A program made the translations under genes and the position numbers. Positions 46,515-57,632 of a stretch of 59,066 nt of DNA are shown in pieces (the stretch's first letter is position 1; each line of letters starts with the position of its first letter). The notes below the pieces were generated by a model, which did not search any database, was not told the DNA's origin, and saw only the letters and a list, made by a program, of their open reading frames with translations. Source of the DNA: a virus (lineage: Duplodnaviria; Caudoviricetes); the IMG/VR virus record IMGVR_UViG_3300037751_000266, positions 1 through 59,066 of that record; one strand, given 5' to 3'.

Positions 46515-47343
46515 TCCAAACGGACCAGCTGCGTCACACATTGGCGAATTTTCAGGGCCAACAACAGGATATAATCAAGGCCCATTAACTGAGGCGGCTA
46601 CCGACTTCGGCATTCGTGCGGCACTTGGAGTTACAGGCCTACCAATGGGCGGCACAATCGCCGGGGTTTTGGACGATGCAGAAGACGGAAAATTCTCTGC
46701 AACCAAGACCGGGATTAACGCAGCAACCGAGGGACTATCCAGAGCGCTCGGTGGGTACGGTGGTTTGATCGGTCCTGCAATGAGTGTTGGATATGGCGCA
46801 GTTACAGGGGGATTAACCGGAGCGGCGAAGAGTGCTACCAGATCGGCTTCTCAAGTTGCAGGGGCAATGCTCGGTTCTACCCTTGGTCCACTTGGCTCAT
46901 TGGCAGGATCAATCGGCGCAAGTGTTCTCGGAGATATGGCTTCGCAGTCTTTCGACGACGGTCATATCGGTGACGCTTTAGGAACAAGGGCAAGGGAGGG
47001 CGCAAGGGATAGGGCTGAAGACTCAGGATTCTCGGTAGGCGATACGGCAAGAGGTTTTGGTGTCGATGCTGGTGCGTATGGCCTTGATCCCGGCCTTGGT
47101 AGCAGTGGATACGGATTAAATCCCGGCCTGTCATCTATGGACAAATACGGATCTTACTCGCTCGATGATACAGAAAGCCTCGGTGCAAAGTCATACGGTG
47201 GATACAGCGAATCAGGAGGGTATAACGGCGGTGACGGTGGATATGGAGATAGAGGTGGCAACGACTCTGACTCAAGTTCATCTGGTACGGGCATGGGTGG
47301 GTTCGGCGGTGGTGACATGGGCAAGGGCGGAGAATCTTGGTAA
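46501..47343 (+). CDS. Glycine-rich putative ejection protein
   Basis: Glycine-zipper segments and G/S/D/Y-rich tail. Confidence 0.6.
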   Translation: MGILNPNGPAASHIGEFSGPTTGYNQGPLTEAATDFGIRAALGVTGLPMGGTIAGVLDDAEDGKFSATKTGINAATEGLSRALGGYGGLIGPAMSVGYGAVTGGLTGAAKSATRSASQVAGAMLGSTLGPLGSLAGSIGASVLGDMASQSFDDGHIGDALGTRAREGARDRAEDSGFSVGDTARGFGVDAGAYGLDPGLGSSGYGLNPGLSSMDKYGSYSLDDTESLGAKSYGGYSESGGYNGGDGGYGDRGGNDSDSSSSGTGMGGFGGGDMGKGGESW

Positions 47344-47360
47344 CTTTAAAAGGACATGAT

Positions 47361-47864
47361 ATGGAACAGGGAATAGTAGCACCACAGGGACAACCTCAAC
47401 CTCAACAACAGCAAGGCGGCGTTTACCCGAAAGATAAAAACGAGGTCGATAAATTTGTCGCAGGTGTCATTGCATCGATCCATGACGACAAAATCCGAGA
47501 TCAGATCATGCAGCAGTTGATGAACGAGCAAGTACCTGTACCGGTTCGAATCGGCAACGTGGTTTCCCAGATAATCACCTCGATGTTGGAACGAGTTAAA
47601 AAACAGGCAGGGCGCAAGCCACACCTTCAATTGATTCTGAAGTCAATCAAAATGGCTGTTTTGGAAGTGTCGAAGATGGGTGAAATAGCCGGGGTAAAGT
47701 CTACCCCCGAAGAACGCAAGCAGGCCGCCGGGATAGCTGGCAGTTTGATTGAGAGCGGCCAAAAGGGGCAAATGCAGGGGCAACAGCAGGGACAGGCCGA
47801 GCAACAAGGTCAAGGTATGATGCAGCAACCGATACAAGAAGCTCCACCTCAAGAGGGGTTTTAA
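47361..47864 (+). CDS. Gln-rich putative internal virion protein
   Basis: Start MEQG after AAGGA; Q/G tracts at both ends. Confidence 0.6.
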   Translation: MEQGIVAPQGQPQPQQQQGGVYPKDKNEVDKFVAGVIASIHDDKIRDQIMQQLMNEQVPVPVRIGNVVSQIITSMLERVKKQAGRKPHLQLILKSIKMAVLEVSKMGEIAGVKSTPEERKQAAGIAGSLIESGQKGQMQGQQQGQAEQQGQGMMQQPIQEAPPQEGF

Positions 47865-48590
47865 ATGGAAGGGATACTCAGAACAGTATTAGGCGGTGTT
47901 GCCGGTGGAGCTCAAGCAAACCTTACCGAGTTACAGAAAGAAGCCGACCTCAAACGACAGAAGTCTTTCGCAGCGCTGATGCAGCAATACGGGCGTGAAA
48001 ATATGGAGTTCGGGAACAAGCTCGCAACAGATCGTGACGCTACCAACCGAAAAAATGCCAAAGAGGATGACTTCGAAAGCTATATTCGAAAACGCTCTGC
48101 TGATGCGTCAGACTACGATAAACAAACCAAGGATAAAAGGCTTGACGCTGACACCCAATACGGAAGAGAGAAAGGACTTCTCGGGATGAAAATGTCCCAC
48201 GAAAGCGCCTTAACAGACAAAGAAATACAAGCGAAAAAGGAATTGTATAAATTAGAAGGTTTGGCAAAACCTGAAATAAAACCAGGCACAGCCTTAAAGG
48301 AAATTTCCACAATAGACACACAGATAGGAAACATCAGAAAAGGCAATATGCTAACTGAAGATGGGATGAGTGACATCCTCGAAAAAATGCCTGAACTGGC
48401 ACCGTTTATCAACACTAAGGCTGAAATGTCACCGGAAGATAAAGAAAAAGTAATAAGAAGCTTAACGAAGTATAGAAACTATCTTTCTAGGTTTATTCCT
48501 TACGAAAATAGTGGTATAATATCAAACGAAGATGAAGATTCTGATGTAGACGATATTGAGTTAGACATTAATTCCCTCCTTGGTGAGTGA
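47865..48590 (+). CDS. Putative ejection protein
   Basis: N-terminal LGGVAGG then charged helix; precedes giant gene. Confidence 0.6.
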   Translation: MEGILRTVLGGVAGGAQANLTELQKEADLKRQKSFAALMQQYGRENMEFGNKLATDRDATNRKNAKEDDFESYIRKRSADASDYDKQTKDKRLDADTQYGREKGLLGMKMSHESALTDKEIQAKKELYKLEGLAKPEIKPGTALKEISTIDTQIGNIRKGNMLTEDGMSDILEKMPELAPFINTKAEMSPEDKEKVIRSLTKYRNYLSRFIPYENSGIISNEDEDSDVDDIELDINSLLGE

Positions 48591-51500
48591 TGCGCTTAGA
48601 TAAAATCAGGCAACATCCTAAGTTTCAGTCTTTGAATCCTGAAGATCAAGCGACGGTTATTAAGAATTTCATCAATCGAGAATGGTCGAAATACGAAACT
48701 CACAAGTCTTATGCTTCATTGCCTGACGAGGACAAAGAAAAAGTTAGGTCAGGCTTTATGTCCCGTTTTTACGGTGACGCTCTCAAAGAACAACCTTTCG
48801 TTGACGCAAAACAGCCCAATCCGATGTTCGAAGGATTGACCCCGGCTGGTTCTCCGCAAAGCGTTCATGCTCCTGTTGAATATCCCGAAGATCCAGAAAG
48901 AGAAGGCAAGATAAATCGCACGTGGGGCGAAGCGGCCAAAGACACGGCAATTGATGCAGCCAACAGCGTAATTGGTTTAGGTGAGGCTGGTGTCGGTATT
49001 GCCGATATGGCTTCTTTTAACCTGGCTGGGAAAGGTTTGTCCAAAATTGGATACGATCCTGCACAAACTAAAGGCATATTGGCTCAAGGTTATTCGGACA
49101 GCCGTAAGCAAGCCAACAAAGAAGTATCAGAAGCCAAAGGTTTTCTTGGCACAGTTGACGCTCTGCTCGATAATCCCTCCGTAGCCTTTGGTGCCATAGT
49201 CGAATCATCCGCTCTCACCGCTTCAGGTGCAGCAATAGCCAGATACGCCGCAGTTAAACTACTCGGTTCGGCTCTTGCGAAAAACGGCATTACCGCCGGA
49301 TCAGCCGCAGCTAAAGACTTCGCCGCTAAATTCTTTTTAAATCCATCAGTACAATCAAAGATAGTCATGGCTGGGGCTGGCGCAGAGGGTGCACAGACCG
49401 CCGGACTAATTCAAGAACAGGGCCGACAGGCGGGAAGAGATTGGAGTGACACTATTCTCCCAGCAATGGGCGCAGGTGCAACGACCGCTGCGATAGGTGG
49501 GCTTACCTCGAAAATCCCCGGCTTACGTGATGCCGAAGCTTCTCTTGCCACTGCCGGACTCGGCGGACGTATTGCCGCTAAACAAGCCGTTCCTAATATT
49601 CTTAAAGGTACGGTCAAGGAAGGTCTTGAAGAAACTCTCCAGTCAGGCCAGGAAAACGCCTTAACCAACGTGGCTTTGGGCAGACCATGGCGCGAAGGAA
49701 ATGCCGAAGCCGCCGGAATGGGCCTCGTTGTCGGCGCAGGACAGGGCGGGGCTATGATGACCGGCTCAAGCATGCTGAACCTGAAGCGAGCCGTATCAGC
49801 CGATATTCTCCAATCAAAAAACGTTGATGAGGCTATATCTAAATTCCAACAGGGCACAGGGATACTCCAAGGAGCGCAGAATGATATTCTTCAAAAAGGT
49901 GGAAATCCGAATATTACCGAAGCCGAAACCCCAATTAACCTTGAAAGAGCAACGGGACTTTTATCATCAAGAACTGAGGTCGCTATACCTCAGAAGAATG
50001 AAGGAAATGCAGAACGTGTCAATGATTTACCAGCCGGAGAATCACCGCTAAGCATTATCCCGAGTGAGAATAAAACCTACGATAAAATTGTTCTACCCGC
50101 AGTTGAGCCAAATCCGAGCCAAATTGAGCCAATAGCCGAGCCAATACAAGGAGAACCAAATGATCCTGTTCAAAATATTGGAGATCAAATTACTCCACGG
50201 AAAACCGAGACACCTTCAGGAGAGGTCGAAGTTAGACCGACGGAGACAGAACAGGATACAAATAATGGACAGCAAGGGGGAGTGGCAAGAACCGACAGAA
50301 TCGTTACAGAAAGTTCTAATGGGAATAGACGAGAGTTTGAGTCAGAACAGGTCGAAAATGAATCAACAACTTCATTAGATGGCAAAACTGATACGAAAAC
50401 AGGACAAAACAGCGTTGAAAATAGATCGACAATCGATTTTCAACCAACCACCGACACCGGAGCAAGCGAAGCAGTTAAGCCGGAAGATGATACCTCAACC
50501 ACAGACAATAGACAAGTCGATGCCGGATTTCCTAATGAAGATATTAGGATTCAAGATAGTGCAGAAATAAAAGGAGGTGGTCAAATATCTCCTGTAGAAC
50601 CGACAGGTAAATTGGTCCAAGAGTCTATCCCCGACAAGGAAGAAAGCACCAATCAAGACATCACGGCGCAGGGAACACCTCCGGAAGCCTCTGGAATAGC
50701 TCCGACGACCGAAGCGACAGCAAGCGCACCGTCCGGAGGTGTTGTTGAAATAGCCAAACAAGTAGAAAAATCGCTCAAATATGACGGAACGAATTTAAGT
50801 TTACATCAATTCACCGCATATGACGGACCGGCAAAAGGTGCGACGTTCAGTGTCAAAAACCCGACACAGGAAGAAATACAGGCAGGATATGATAAGGTCG
50901 TTAAGGCTTTTACCAAGCCAACGGTTAAATCAGTCCGTCAAGAGATAACCAAACTCAACGCACAAATTAAAAACAAGCCTACTGCCGGGTTAAAGGCTGA
51001 ACTTGCCGATGCAAAAACAAGGCTGACCGAACTTAAAAAGTCTGAATATGCCGCGAAGCAAAACGCCGTAACTCAGTCAACCATGCCGGAATATGCCAAA
51101 AGAGCGGGAATAAAAACCGCAGCACAAGCAAATAAAAAAGGCATATCAAGATTTATCCCAGAAGCTAAGGTCATTGCCGACCAGATAACTGAAGATATAG
51201 CAATGTGGATACCGGGAGAAAAGCCAGAGGTATCAGAAAGACTTGCTGAAGAAATGCTTCGCCAGACAATGCTTGAAGGTGGGCGGGACTTGGCTATCCG
51301 CTCTCTGGCTATCCGTTACGAGAAAGATTCCAAGGGCGCTGACAGCAACATTAAGCGCATGAACGGCAAGATTGCTAAAGCGCTTAGGGATTATGGAAGC
51401 AAGAGACAATCTGAAAGAGATGAACTTAACAAACCGGCAGCACCTCAACGCAACACGCTCACATCAAAACAACAAAAGATATTCGACCAACTACAAGAGT

Positions 51501-54500
51501 CAGGTGCAATCAAACTCATAAGCCGGAGTGAGGTCGAAGATATTCTCCTTGCCGCTGGCGTTGATCCGAAGCAAGTGAAGTATTCAGTAAGAACAAAACC
51601 AGCACCTAAAAAAACAATCAAGGCCTATAAGCTCTTCAAGGTAAAAAAGGGACAACCTGGTAAATTATTCGCACTTTTTGTTGACGCAAACACGCCTATT
51701 GATATAGGCGTGTGGCTCGATGCAGAAGCCGGAGAACTGACCGACAAAGGTAAAGTTAAGTCAAAACTTGGGCCTCTCGCTTATCGCCCCGGTTGGCACG
51801 GTGGAGATATGCCGGTAGCAACCCACATAGGGTCGGGTGGGACAACTCCAACAACAAGGCCAAAAGACCAAGTATGGGCAGAAGTGGAGTTCCCTGCTGA
51901 TGTTGATTGGCAAAAAGAAGCCAATAGCAGGGCGAGAATTAGCAAGAAAGGTAAACCTGTCTTAAATACGGCACATATAACCGACCAAGTACCCGAAGAT
52001 GGTCACTATAGATATAAAACCAACTCCAACATGACAGGCTCATGGATTATTGCTGGTTCAATGAAGGTTAACAGAATCCTTTCTGATAATGAGGTTTCTG
52101 CAATAAACGAGAAAGATGGGGTTAGTGATCTTAAAAGAGACGAGCCATTTGATTTTGAGGGGTATGGTTTCGATGTCAAATATTCAAAAGATGGCAAAAA
52201 GATAGAAGGGTTTACCCTACCGGACGGCACGGTCTACCTGATAAAAGAAAACATCAAAGATTTATGGCCTGTTATTCGTCACGAAATAGCCATTCACAGC
52301 AGAAAATTATTACTTGCCGACAAGGAGTTTGCCGGACTGCTTGAATCTCTCAAAGCAAGGCAGAACGACGAATCAGCCACGGGTGAAGCAATCCGCGCGG
52401 CCATGGCAAAAGTACCAAGTGATACCAACTCCGAGCATTACCTTGAAGAAACACTTGGGTATATGGTCACAGATGCGCCTGAAGTTGGAATGGTTAGGCG
52501 GTTTATTGCCATGATTAAAAAGGCCATGGTGTCGCTTGGATTTGATCCTTCGTTGTTTACGATAAGCGATATTTCAGCCTTGGCCGATTCTGTTTTAATG
52601 GGCAAACGTGGCCGGATTGAATCGCTTACACCGAACATTTCAGGCAGCGACACAGCCAAAATCCAAAAGATCAAGCAATCCCGCCCACACATAGACGAGA
52701 TTGAGTTTGATACCATATCGGCTGCAATTCTATCGGACAACATAAAGGACATCCCTCTAACCCGCACGGCCATGGCTGTTCTATCGGACATGGTAAGCGA
52801 AGGTCTTGCCAGCAACGAACTATTAGGAAAGTTCGATTCCGCAAAAGTAAAGGCCGACTTCAATGAATCAGCCAGAAAACTGGTAAAAAAGCGCACCGAT
52901 AAAGAACTGGAGGATATTGAAGTTGCCGACCTTGAACTACTGGAAGACCTCACCGACTTCGTAAAAGAATACGGGCCGAAGAAAGTCAAAGACGCTATAG
53001 CCAAGGAAGAAAAGAAGCTCGAAGAACTGGCGAAACCTAAACTTATCAGCAGTCACAAGAATTACACCTTGTCTGAATCCATTGTCGGGACAAAATGGAA
53101 AGTATCAAAGAATAGTCCAGCCCCTTGGAATCCGACCGATAAAATCCACATTGTAGCCATAGACGAAACAGACGGTCCGAAAAAGAAAAAGGTCGAAAAC
53201 GTTCAACGGGTGGTAGAAGCGGCAGTCCCGCGAATATCCGAAGACGTAAAGGCGGTTCGATTTATTCTTCCAGACGGAACCGAATACACCGTATTGAACA
53301 ACAAAACCGCGCTTCGTTCGTTTAAGAAACTGGTCAGTAAGATTTACACCCCTGTGCCGAAAGTGCGTAAAGGTTCTACCTCGGTCAACCAGACCAACAA
53401 GGCGAAGAAGACTTTCGATTGGGGCGAGAAAACCATTGCTCACGGCGAGTGGGTAAGTGACGGAACAATGATTGTTAAAGGGTTTACCCCACCGACACGA
53501 CCGACACAAGAACTGAACAACGTTGACACCTTGCTTGTTTCTTATCAGCAAATGGCTGAAAAGGCCAATCCAGCCGAGATACGATATTACACCAGTGGCG
53601 AAACAGATACAGTGGTAGCCAAAGAGCCTGTCTTGCAAATGGGTGAGTTTAACGCACAGGCTATCATCATGGACAGCATAACCAATAAACGGTTCAATGT
53701 GTCGCAGGGTAAACTGAATATAGTCGAATCAATCTATCCTGATGTTGAATACCGGATATCTCCTGACGGTGTGGTGTTCGGATACAACGAAGGTGAATTT
53801 ATCGCCGCGGTAATGCCAATGCAAGGCAAGCCAGTGAACGCCGATAAAGCCAAAAGCTACGGCCTTTATTCCATGGGCGAGTTTGCCGACACTCCGGTTA
53901 TTATGGAAATGCCTGAATTGGTCGAACTGGCTACCGAGTTGATGAATGGCAACCGTCCTCAACTGGTAGACAAATTCCGCAAGTCAGGGGTAAAAGGTCA
54001 GTTCATGCCATCCGGACCGGGCGGGATTAAAATTCTTAAAGAACTCGGTGCAGACTTTCACCAGGCATTAAAGACCATGGCCCACGAAATAGGCCATTTG
54101 ATCGACTACAAAGACGCTGACACCATGTCGCGGGGTAATATCCTTGGACGGATAGCTTCTTTGAAAAAGTACATGAAGCATTACCTCGAAGAAAAGCCCG
54201 GATCGCCGGGAGTTATCACCGAAGCAGACCGCAAACGGTTAATGAAAGAAGCACGACTGTTAACCAAACGCGAAGCCAGTGAGTTAATCGACGAGGTTAT
54301 CACCACAGAAACGCCGGTTACGCCGGAACAGGTCCTTGCTGTATTGAAAGGAATGGAAACCGACCCGGAACCGACCGCCGATGTAATAAGTTTTATTTTC
54401 ACCGCGTCGACCGCTGTGAAAAAATCTATCGGACTACAGGCGATGAAGGGGCTTTCTCCCGAAGAAATGGCCCACCTCAAGACCTACATCGAGGTTAAGA

Positions 54501-57367
54501 CCGGCAGCAAGATCGAACAGCCCAGCCCGACCAACAAAGATGTTTATGAAAAGTTTAAGAAACTGGTCAAAGAAGAGATCGCCAAAAGAAATCTTATTTC
54601 CAAAGAAGTTATTACCGAAGAACTGAAACTGTTTACCCAACTATGGAAGCCGTTTAACGTTTGGGGCAACGCCAAATATACCAAGTATCGGTTTTCATCT
54701 GAAGAACTTTATGCCGATGCACTTTCTGGGATCTTGGTTAATCCGCAAATGGTCCAGCGGGTGGCGCCTGAGTTCTACAAAGGATTTTTCAATTACATCG
54801 ACAACAAACCGGAAGCGTCAGAGATATGGGGCGAGATTGCCAAACGGATAGGGCGTGGACCGGTTGAAGTTTCTAGAGCCAGGATTAAGCGTGATTATGA
54901 AATGTTCAAAAGGGGTGAGGATATTCGCGCAGAACTAGCAAAGGGAGAAGAGAGCCAGGGATTCTTTGACACGTTGGCCTTGACTTTGAGCGACAAAAAT
55001 CATTTTCTAAACAAGGCATTACGTCAGAGTGCCGATAAGGACAAGGCAGCAGCGGTAATCAACGAACAGAAAGAGCTTGATTATATCCCATCAGAGGTAG
55101 ATGCATATCTGTTTGAGATAAATAAAACCATCCAAAAAGAACTTGACGACAATAACCTGACAGTCCATGACCTCGACGTAGTGGCTATGAGGAAGCATAT
55201 CATAGCCAACAGGGAAGGTATGCTTTCAACAGAAGGGTACGGATCAAAGACCTCAACCGATGACCTTAAAATATTAAAAGATGATTGGGGAGAAGAAAAA
55301 TACAACAAGGTCGAAGAGTTACTCAATAAGTTCAGAGCAATCAGGGATAAACGGATTTACCCGTTGATGGAAGAATCCGGCTTATATTCTGAAGAATTCG
55401 CTAAGTATATGAATGAGACGGTTGATTACACCAAGGTCTCAGTTAACCATCATTTAAACAAGAAATTCGGTGAAGGTGCAGGCGGCCGAGTTTACAAGGC
55501 GCTTGGCACTTTGTCTGAAGTAAACTCACCGGTAACGGCAACTATTTTGCAAGACATCTCACTTATCAGGGCAGCACGGATAAACAAATCCAAACGATCT
55601 ATATTACCCCTGTTGCAAGAAGTCGGATCACTCAAACCGGCTAAAGGGACGTTTAACGGCAAGTTTATGGTGGCAGCAGAACCGGATGAAGCCAACGAGC
55701 GCATTTTTTCGGTGATGATAAATGGTAATATGGAAAATTATTATGTTTCAAAGAATATCGCCGAGGCCTATGAGTTCGACCCATACACCGCCAATCAGGT
55801 TATGGAGGCGTGGAATTTCGTTGCATCAGGGACCAGACAATTGTTTATCTCCAAAAACCCGGTATGGATGGCGAGAAACCCTGTCCGTGATTTCAAGGGG
55901 ACGGTGACGAAAAACAAAGAGATAGGCTTACGTCACATGCCATTCTTGGCATGGGCATATGCCAAGTCTGTTCCGGAAGCGTTTCAGGACGCATGGAAGG
56001 TAAAGCGAAGTGAAACCATCGATTGGTTGATGACCAACAGGGCGTTAGCGGAAGACAGGATTTATGACGGTCGCGACCTTAGCATGGACACTGAACTTGA
56101 CCGGCTGCAAACGAGATTCAAACTTTCAACCAAATCAAATCAAGAGGCCTCTAAATTTCAAAACGTTTGGGCGAAGTGGGTAATCCGGAACTTTAGCTGG
56201 CAGGGCATAAACAGAAACGCCGACAACGCAGGACGTGCAATGGAAATATTGAGCAAGATAGCAGGGGCTAAATATTTATTGCAGCGCGGAGTGCCAAAAC
56301 AAGAAGTACTAAACAAGGTTAGAAATGGACTGATAGGAACCCCCAACTGGAAAGAAAAAGGAACATTACATTCTATCACAAATTCTATCTTCATGTTTTC
56401 AAACATTGCGGTACAGGGACTAAAATCACACATAGCTGCGGCAAAAGCCAACCCTGGAGATTATATCTGGAAAAACATTGCTCTGAATGTTGTGCCAACT
56501 GTCATAATGTTCTTTGCGGCAAAGGGTTTTTTTGATGATGAGGAAGATGATGGGACAATAACCGGAGGTGGCCCCATAAAAAGGATTATGGCCGGAGTGC
56601 CAGAATATAATTTAGCGCACTACAGCTGTACTCCTTTGTTCCTTACCAAGGATAATCAAAGTGTTTGGTTACAAGCGCCAAGGGATTATGAGGGGCAGGT
56701 TCTCGGTGCCGTTACATGGAAAATGCTAAACGGTAATTTTACAGGTAAAGGGTCTGCCTTATCTGAACTGTATAACGTTTTCCCATACAAAATTCACCCT
56801 ATAATCAACTCAGCGCTGTATTTGAAAGACGTTTATATTTCGGGCATAAACCAAGTTGACGACTACATGGGCCGCAACAAAAACAGCGACGAAGCTATGG
56901 ATGTGGGCGGGTGGATGTTGGCAAAAGAGGTAGCAAAAAACATCTGGCGCGATACAGGCGGCGGCACTTTATATAAACCGGAATACGACGACATAAAAAG
57001 AGATCGGTCCACAGCCGAGATGGTTTTGAATTTGTGGGGTGTGAATGCAATCGGTGCATATATCCAGATTTCAGATAGAGGAGTTTCCGAAAAAGTATTT
57101 AAAAAGTATCGAGAATTAGACCTGCAAGCAACCAAACAGAATGTCGCAATCAATAAATCTCTATCTAAAATGTCACAGGACGAAAAGATGATTATGGCAG
57201 AGATTGCCCCGAAACTAAAAGACCGGATTGTCAAACAGGGGCTACTTGCGAAAAACACAGCCTTTACAAGAGGTCTTGCCGGTGCAACTTCACAAGAGAA
57301 ATTAGCAATTTTTATGCAAGAAATGGCAGGCGATATGAAGAGGAAAAAGAATGACAACATCGAATGA
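48587..57367 (+). CDS. Giant polyvalent virion/ejection protein (2926 aa) with zincin-like motifs
   Basis: Ala/Gly-rich N-terminus, acidic linker, KAYKLF...YRPGWH...QVWAEVE domain, RHEIAIH, AHEIGH + EELYAD, LPD38-like C-terminus. Confidence 0.8.
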   Translation: MMRLDKIRQHPKFQSLNPEDQATVIKNFINREWSKYETHKSYASLPDEDKEKVRSGFMSRFYGDALKEQPFVDAKQPNPMFEGLTPAGSPQSVHAPVEYPEDPEREGKINRTWGEAAKDTAIDAANSVIGLGEAGVGIADMASFNLAGKGLSKIGYDPAQTKGILAQGYSDSRKQANKEVSEAKGFLGTVDALLDNPSVAFGAIVESSALTASGAAIARYAAVKLLGSALAKNGITAGSAAAKDFAAKFFLNPSVQSKIVMAGAGAEGAQTAGLIQEQGRQAGRDWSDTILPAMGAGATTAAIGGLTSKIPGLRDAEASLATAGLGGRIAAKQAVPNILKGTVKEGLEETLQSGQENALTNVALGRPWREGNAEAAGMGLVVGAGQGGAMMTGSSMLNLKRAVSADILQSKNVDEAISKFQQGTGILQGAQNDILQKGGNPNITEAETPINLERATGLLSSRTEVAIPQKNEGNAERVNDLPAGESPLSIIPSENKTYDKIVLPAVEPNPSQIEPIAEPIQGEPNDPVQNIGDQITPRKTETPSGEVEVRPTETEQDTNNGQQGGVARTDRIVTESSNGNRREFESEQVENESTTSLDGKTDTKTGQNSVENRSTIDFQPTTDTGASEAVKPEDDTSTTDNRQVDAGFPNEDIRIQDSAEIKGGGQISPVEPTGKLVQESIPDKEESTNQDITAQGTPPEASGIAPTTEATASAPSGGVVEIAKQVEKSLKYDGTNLSLHQFTAYDGPAKGATFSVKNPTQEEIQAGYDKVVKAFTKPTVKSVRQEITKLNAQIKNKPTAGLKAELADAKTRLTELKKSEYAAKQNAVTQSTMPEYAKRAGIKTAAQANKKGISRFIPEAKVIADQITEDIAMWIPGEKPEVSERLAEEMLRQTMLEGGRDLAIRSLAIRYEKDSKGADSNIKRMNGKIAKALRDYGSKRQSERDELNKPAAPQRNTLTSKQQKIFDQLQESGAIKLISRSEVEDILLAAGVDPKQVKYSVRTKPAPKKTIKAYKLFKVKKGQPGKLFALFVDANTPIDIGVWLDAEAGELTDKGKVKSKLGPLAYRPGWHGGDMPVATHIGSGGTTPTTRPKDQVWAEVEFPADVDWQKEANSRARISKKGKPVLNTAHITDQVPEDGHYRYKTNSNMTGSWIIAGSMKVNRILSDNEVSAINEKDGVSDLKRDEPFDFEGYGFDVKYSKDGKKIEGFTLPDGTVYLIKENIKDLWPVIRHEIAIHSRKLLLADKEFAGLLESLKARQNDESATGEAIRAAMAKVPSDTNSEHYLEETLGYMVTDAPEVGMVRRFIAMIKKAMVSLGFDPSLFTISDISALADSVLMGKRGRIESLTPNISGSDTAKIQKIKQSRPHIDEIEFDTISAAILSDNIKDIPLTRTAMAVLSDMVSEGLASNELLGKFDSAKVKADFNESARKLVKKRTDKELEDIEVADLELLEDLTDFVKEYGPKKVKDAIAKEEKKLEELAKPKLISSHKNYTLSESIVGTKWKVSKNSPAPWNPTDKIHIVAIDETDGPKKKKVENVQRVVEAAVPRISEDVKAVRFILPDGTEYTVLNNKTALRSFKKLVSKIYTPVPKVRKGSTSVNQTNKAKKTFDWGEKTIAHGEWVSDGTMIVKGFTPPTRPTQELNNVDTLLVSYQQMAEKANPAEIRYYTSGETDTVVAKEPVLQMGEFNAQAIIMDSITNKRFNVSQGKLNIVESIYPDVEYRISPDGVVFGYNEGEFIAAVMPMQGKPVNADKAKSYGLYSMGEFADTPVIMEMPELVELATELMNGNRPQLVDKFRKSGVKGQFMPSGPGGIKILKELGADFHQALKTMAHEIGHLIDYKDADTMSRGNILGRIASLKKYMKHYLEEKPGSPGVITEADRKRLMKEARLLTKREASELIDEVITTETPVTPEQVLAVLKGMETDPEPTADVISFIFTASTAVKKSIGLQAMKGLSPEEMAHLKTYIEVKTGSKIEQPSPTNKDVYEKFKKLVKEEIAKRNLISKEVITEELKLFTQLWKPFNVWGNAKYTKYRFSSEELYADALSGILVNPQMVQRVAPEFYKGFFNYIDNKPEASEIWGEIAKRIGRGPVEVSRARIKRDYEMFKRGEDIRAELAKGEESQGFFDTLALTLSDKNHFLNKALRQSADKDKAAAVINEQKELDYIPSEVDAYLFEINKTIQKELDDNNLTVHDLDVVAMRKHIIANREGMLSTEGYGSKTSTDDLKILKDDWGEEKYNKVEELLNKFRAIRDKRIYPLMEESGLYSEEFAKYMNETVDYTKVSVNHHLNKKFGEGAGGRVYKALGTLSEVNSPVTATILQDISLIRAARINKSKRSILPLLQEVGSLKPAKGTFNGKFMVAAEPDEANERIFSVMINGNMENYYVSKNIAEAYEFDPYTANQVMEAWNFVASGTRQLFISKNPVWMARNPVRDFKGTVTKNKEIGLRHMPFLAWAYAKSVPEAFQDAWKVKRSETIDWLMTNRALAEDRIYDGRDLSMDTELDRLQTRFKLSTKSNQEASKFQNVWAKWVIRNFSWQGINRNADNAGRAMEILSKIAGAKYLLQRGVPKQEVLNKVRNGLIGTPNWKEKGTLHSITNSIFMFSNIAVQGLKSHIAAAKANPGDYIWKNIALNVVPTVIMFFAAKGFFDDEEDDGTITGGGPIKRIMAGVPEYNLAHYSCTPLFLTKDNQSVWLQAPRDYEGQVLGAVTWKMLNGNFTGKGSALSELYNVFPYKIHPIINSALYLKDVYISGINQVDDYMGRNKNSDEAMDVGGWMLAKEVAKNIWRDTGGGTLYKPEYDDIKRDRSTAEMVLNLWGVNAIGAYIQISDRGVSEKVFKKYRELDLQATKQNVAINKSLSKMSQDEKMIMAEIAPKLKDRIVKQGLLAKNTAFTRGLAGATSQEKLAIFMQEMAGDMKRKKNDNIE

Positions 57368-57632
57368 AATTCCAGCCAACGCCGTGCCAATTAGGCACTC
57401 GACGTGCGGCAAGGTTGCAAGGTGGTATATAGGGACTAAAGAGCAAAAAATGAGAAGAAGCGCTGATATTGTTTATCTTGATGGAACTAGACCAAAACTG
57501 TTTTCAAGAGAATTGCCGTGTCCTAACTGTGATAAATCTACGGGTTATTTTACCAGGTGTTTTGACGAAAAAGTAGATCAAAGTTTTGACGTAAATTCTG
57601 TGCGTTATTTAAATTCAGGTAATCTAGAATGA
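57351..57632 (+). CDS. Zinc-ribbon hypothetical protein
   Basis: HSTCG...CPNC. Confidence 0.6.
   Translation: MTTSNEIPANAVPIRHSTCGKVARWYIGTKEQKMRRSADIVYLDGTRPKLFSRELPCPNCDKSTGYFTRCFDEKVDQSFDVNSVRYLNSGNLE

Noticed and set aside
52438-53638. Long antisense ORFs within the giant gene and other large genes
   Set aside because: Shadow frames of real genes with no RBS or motifs
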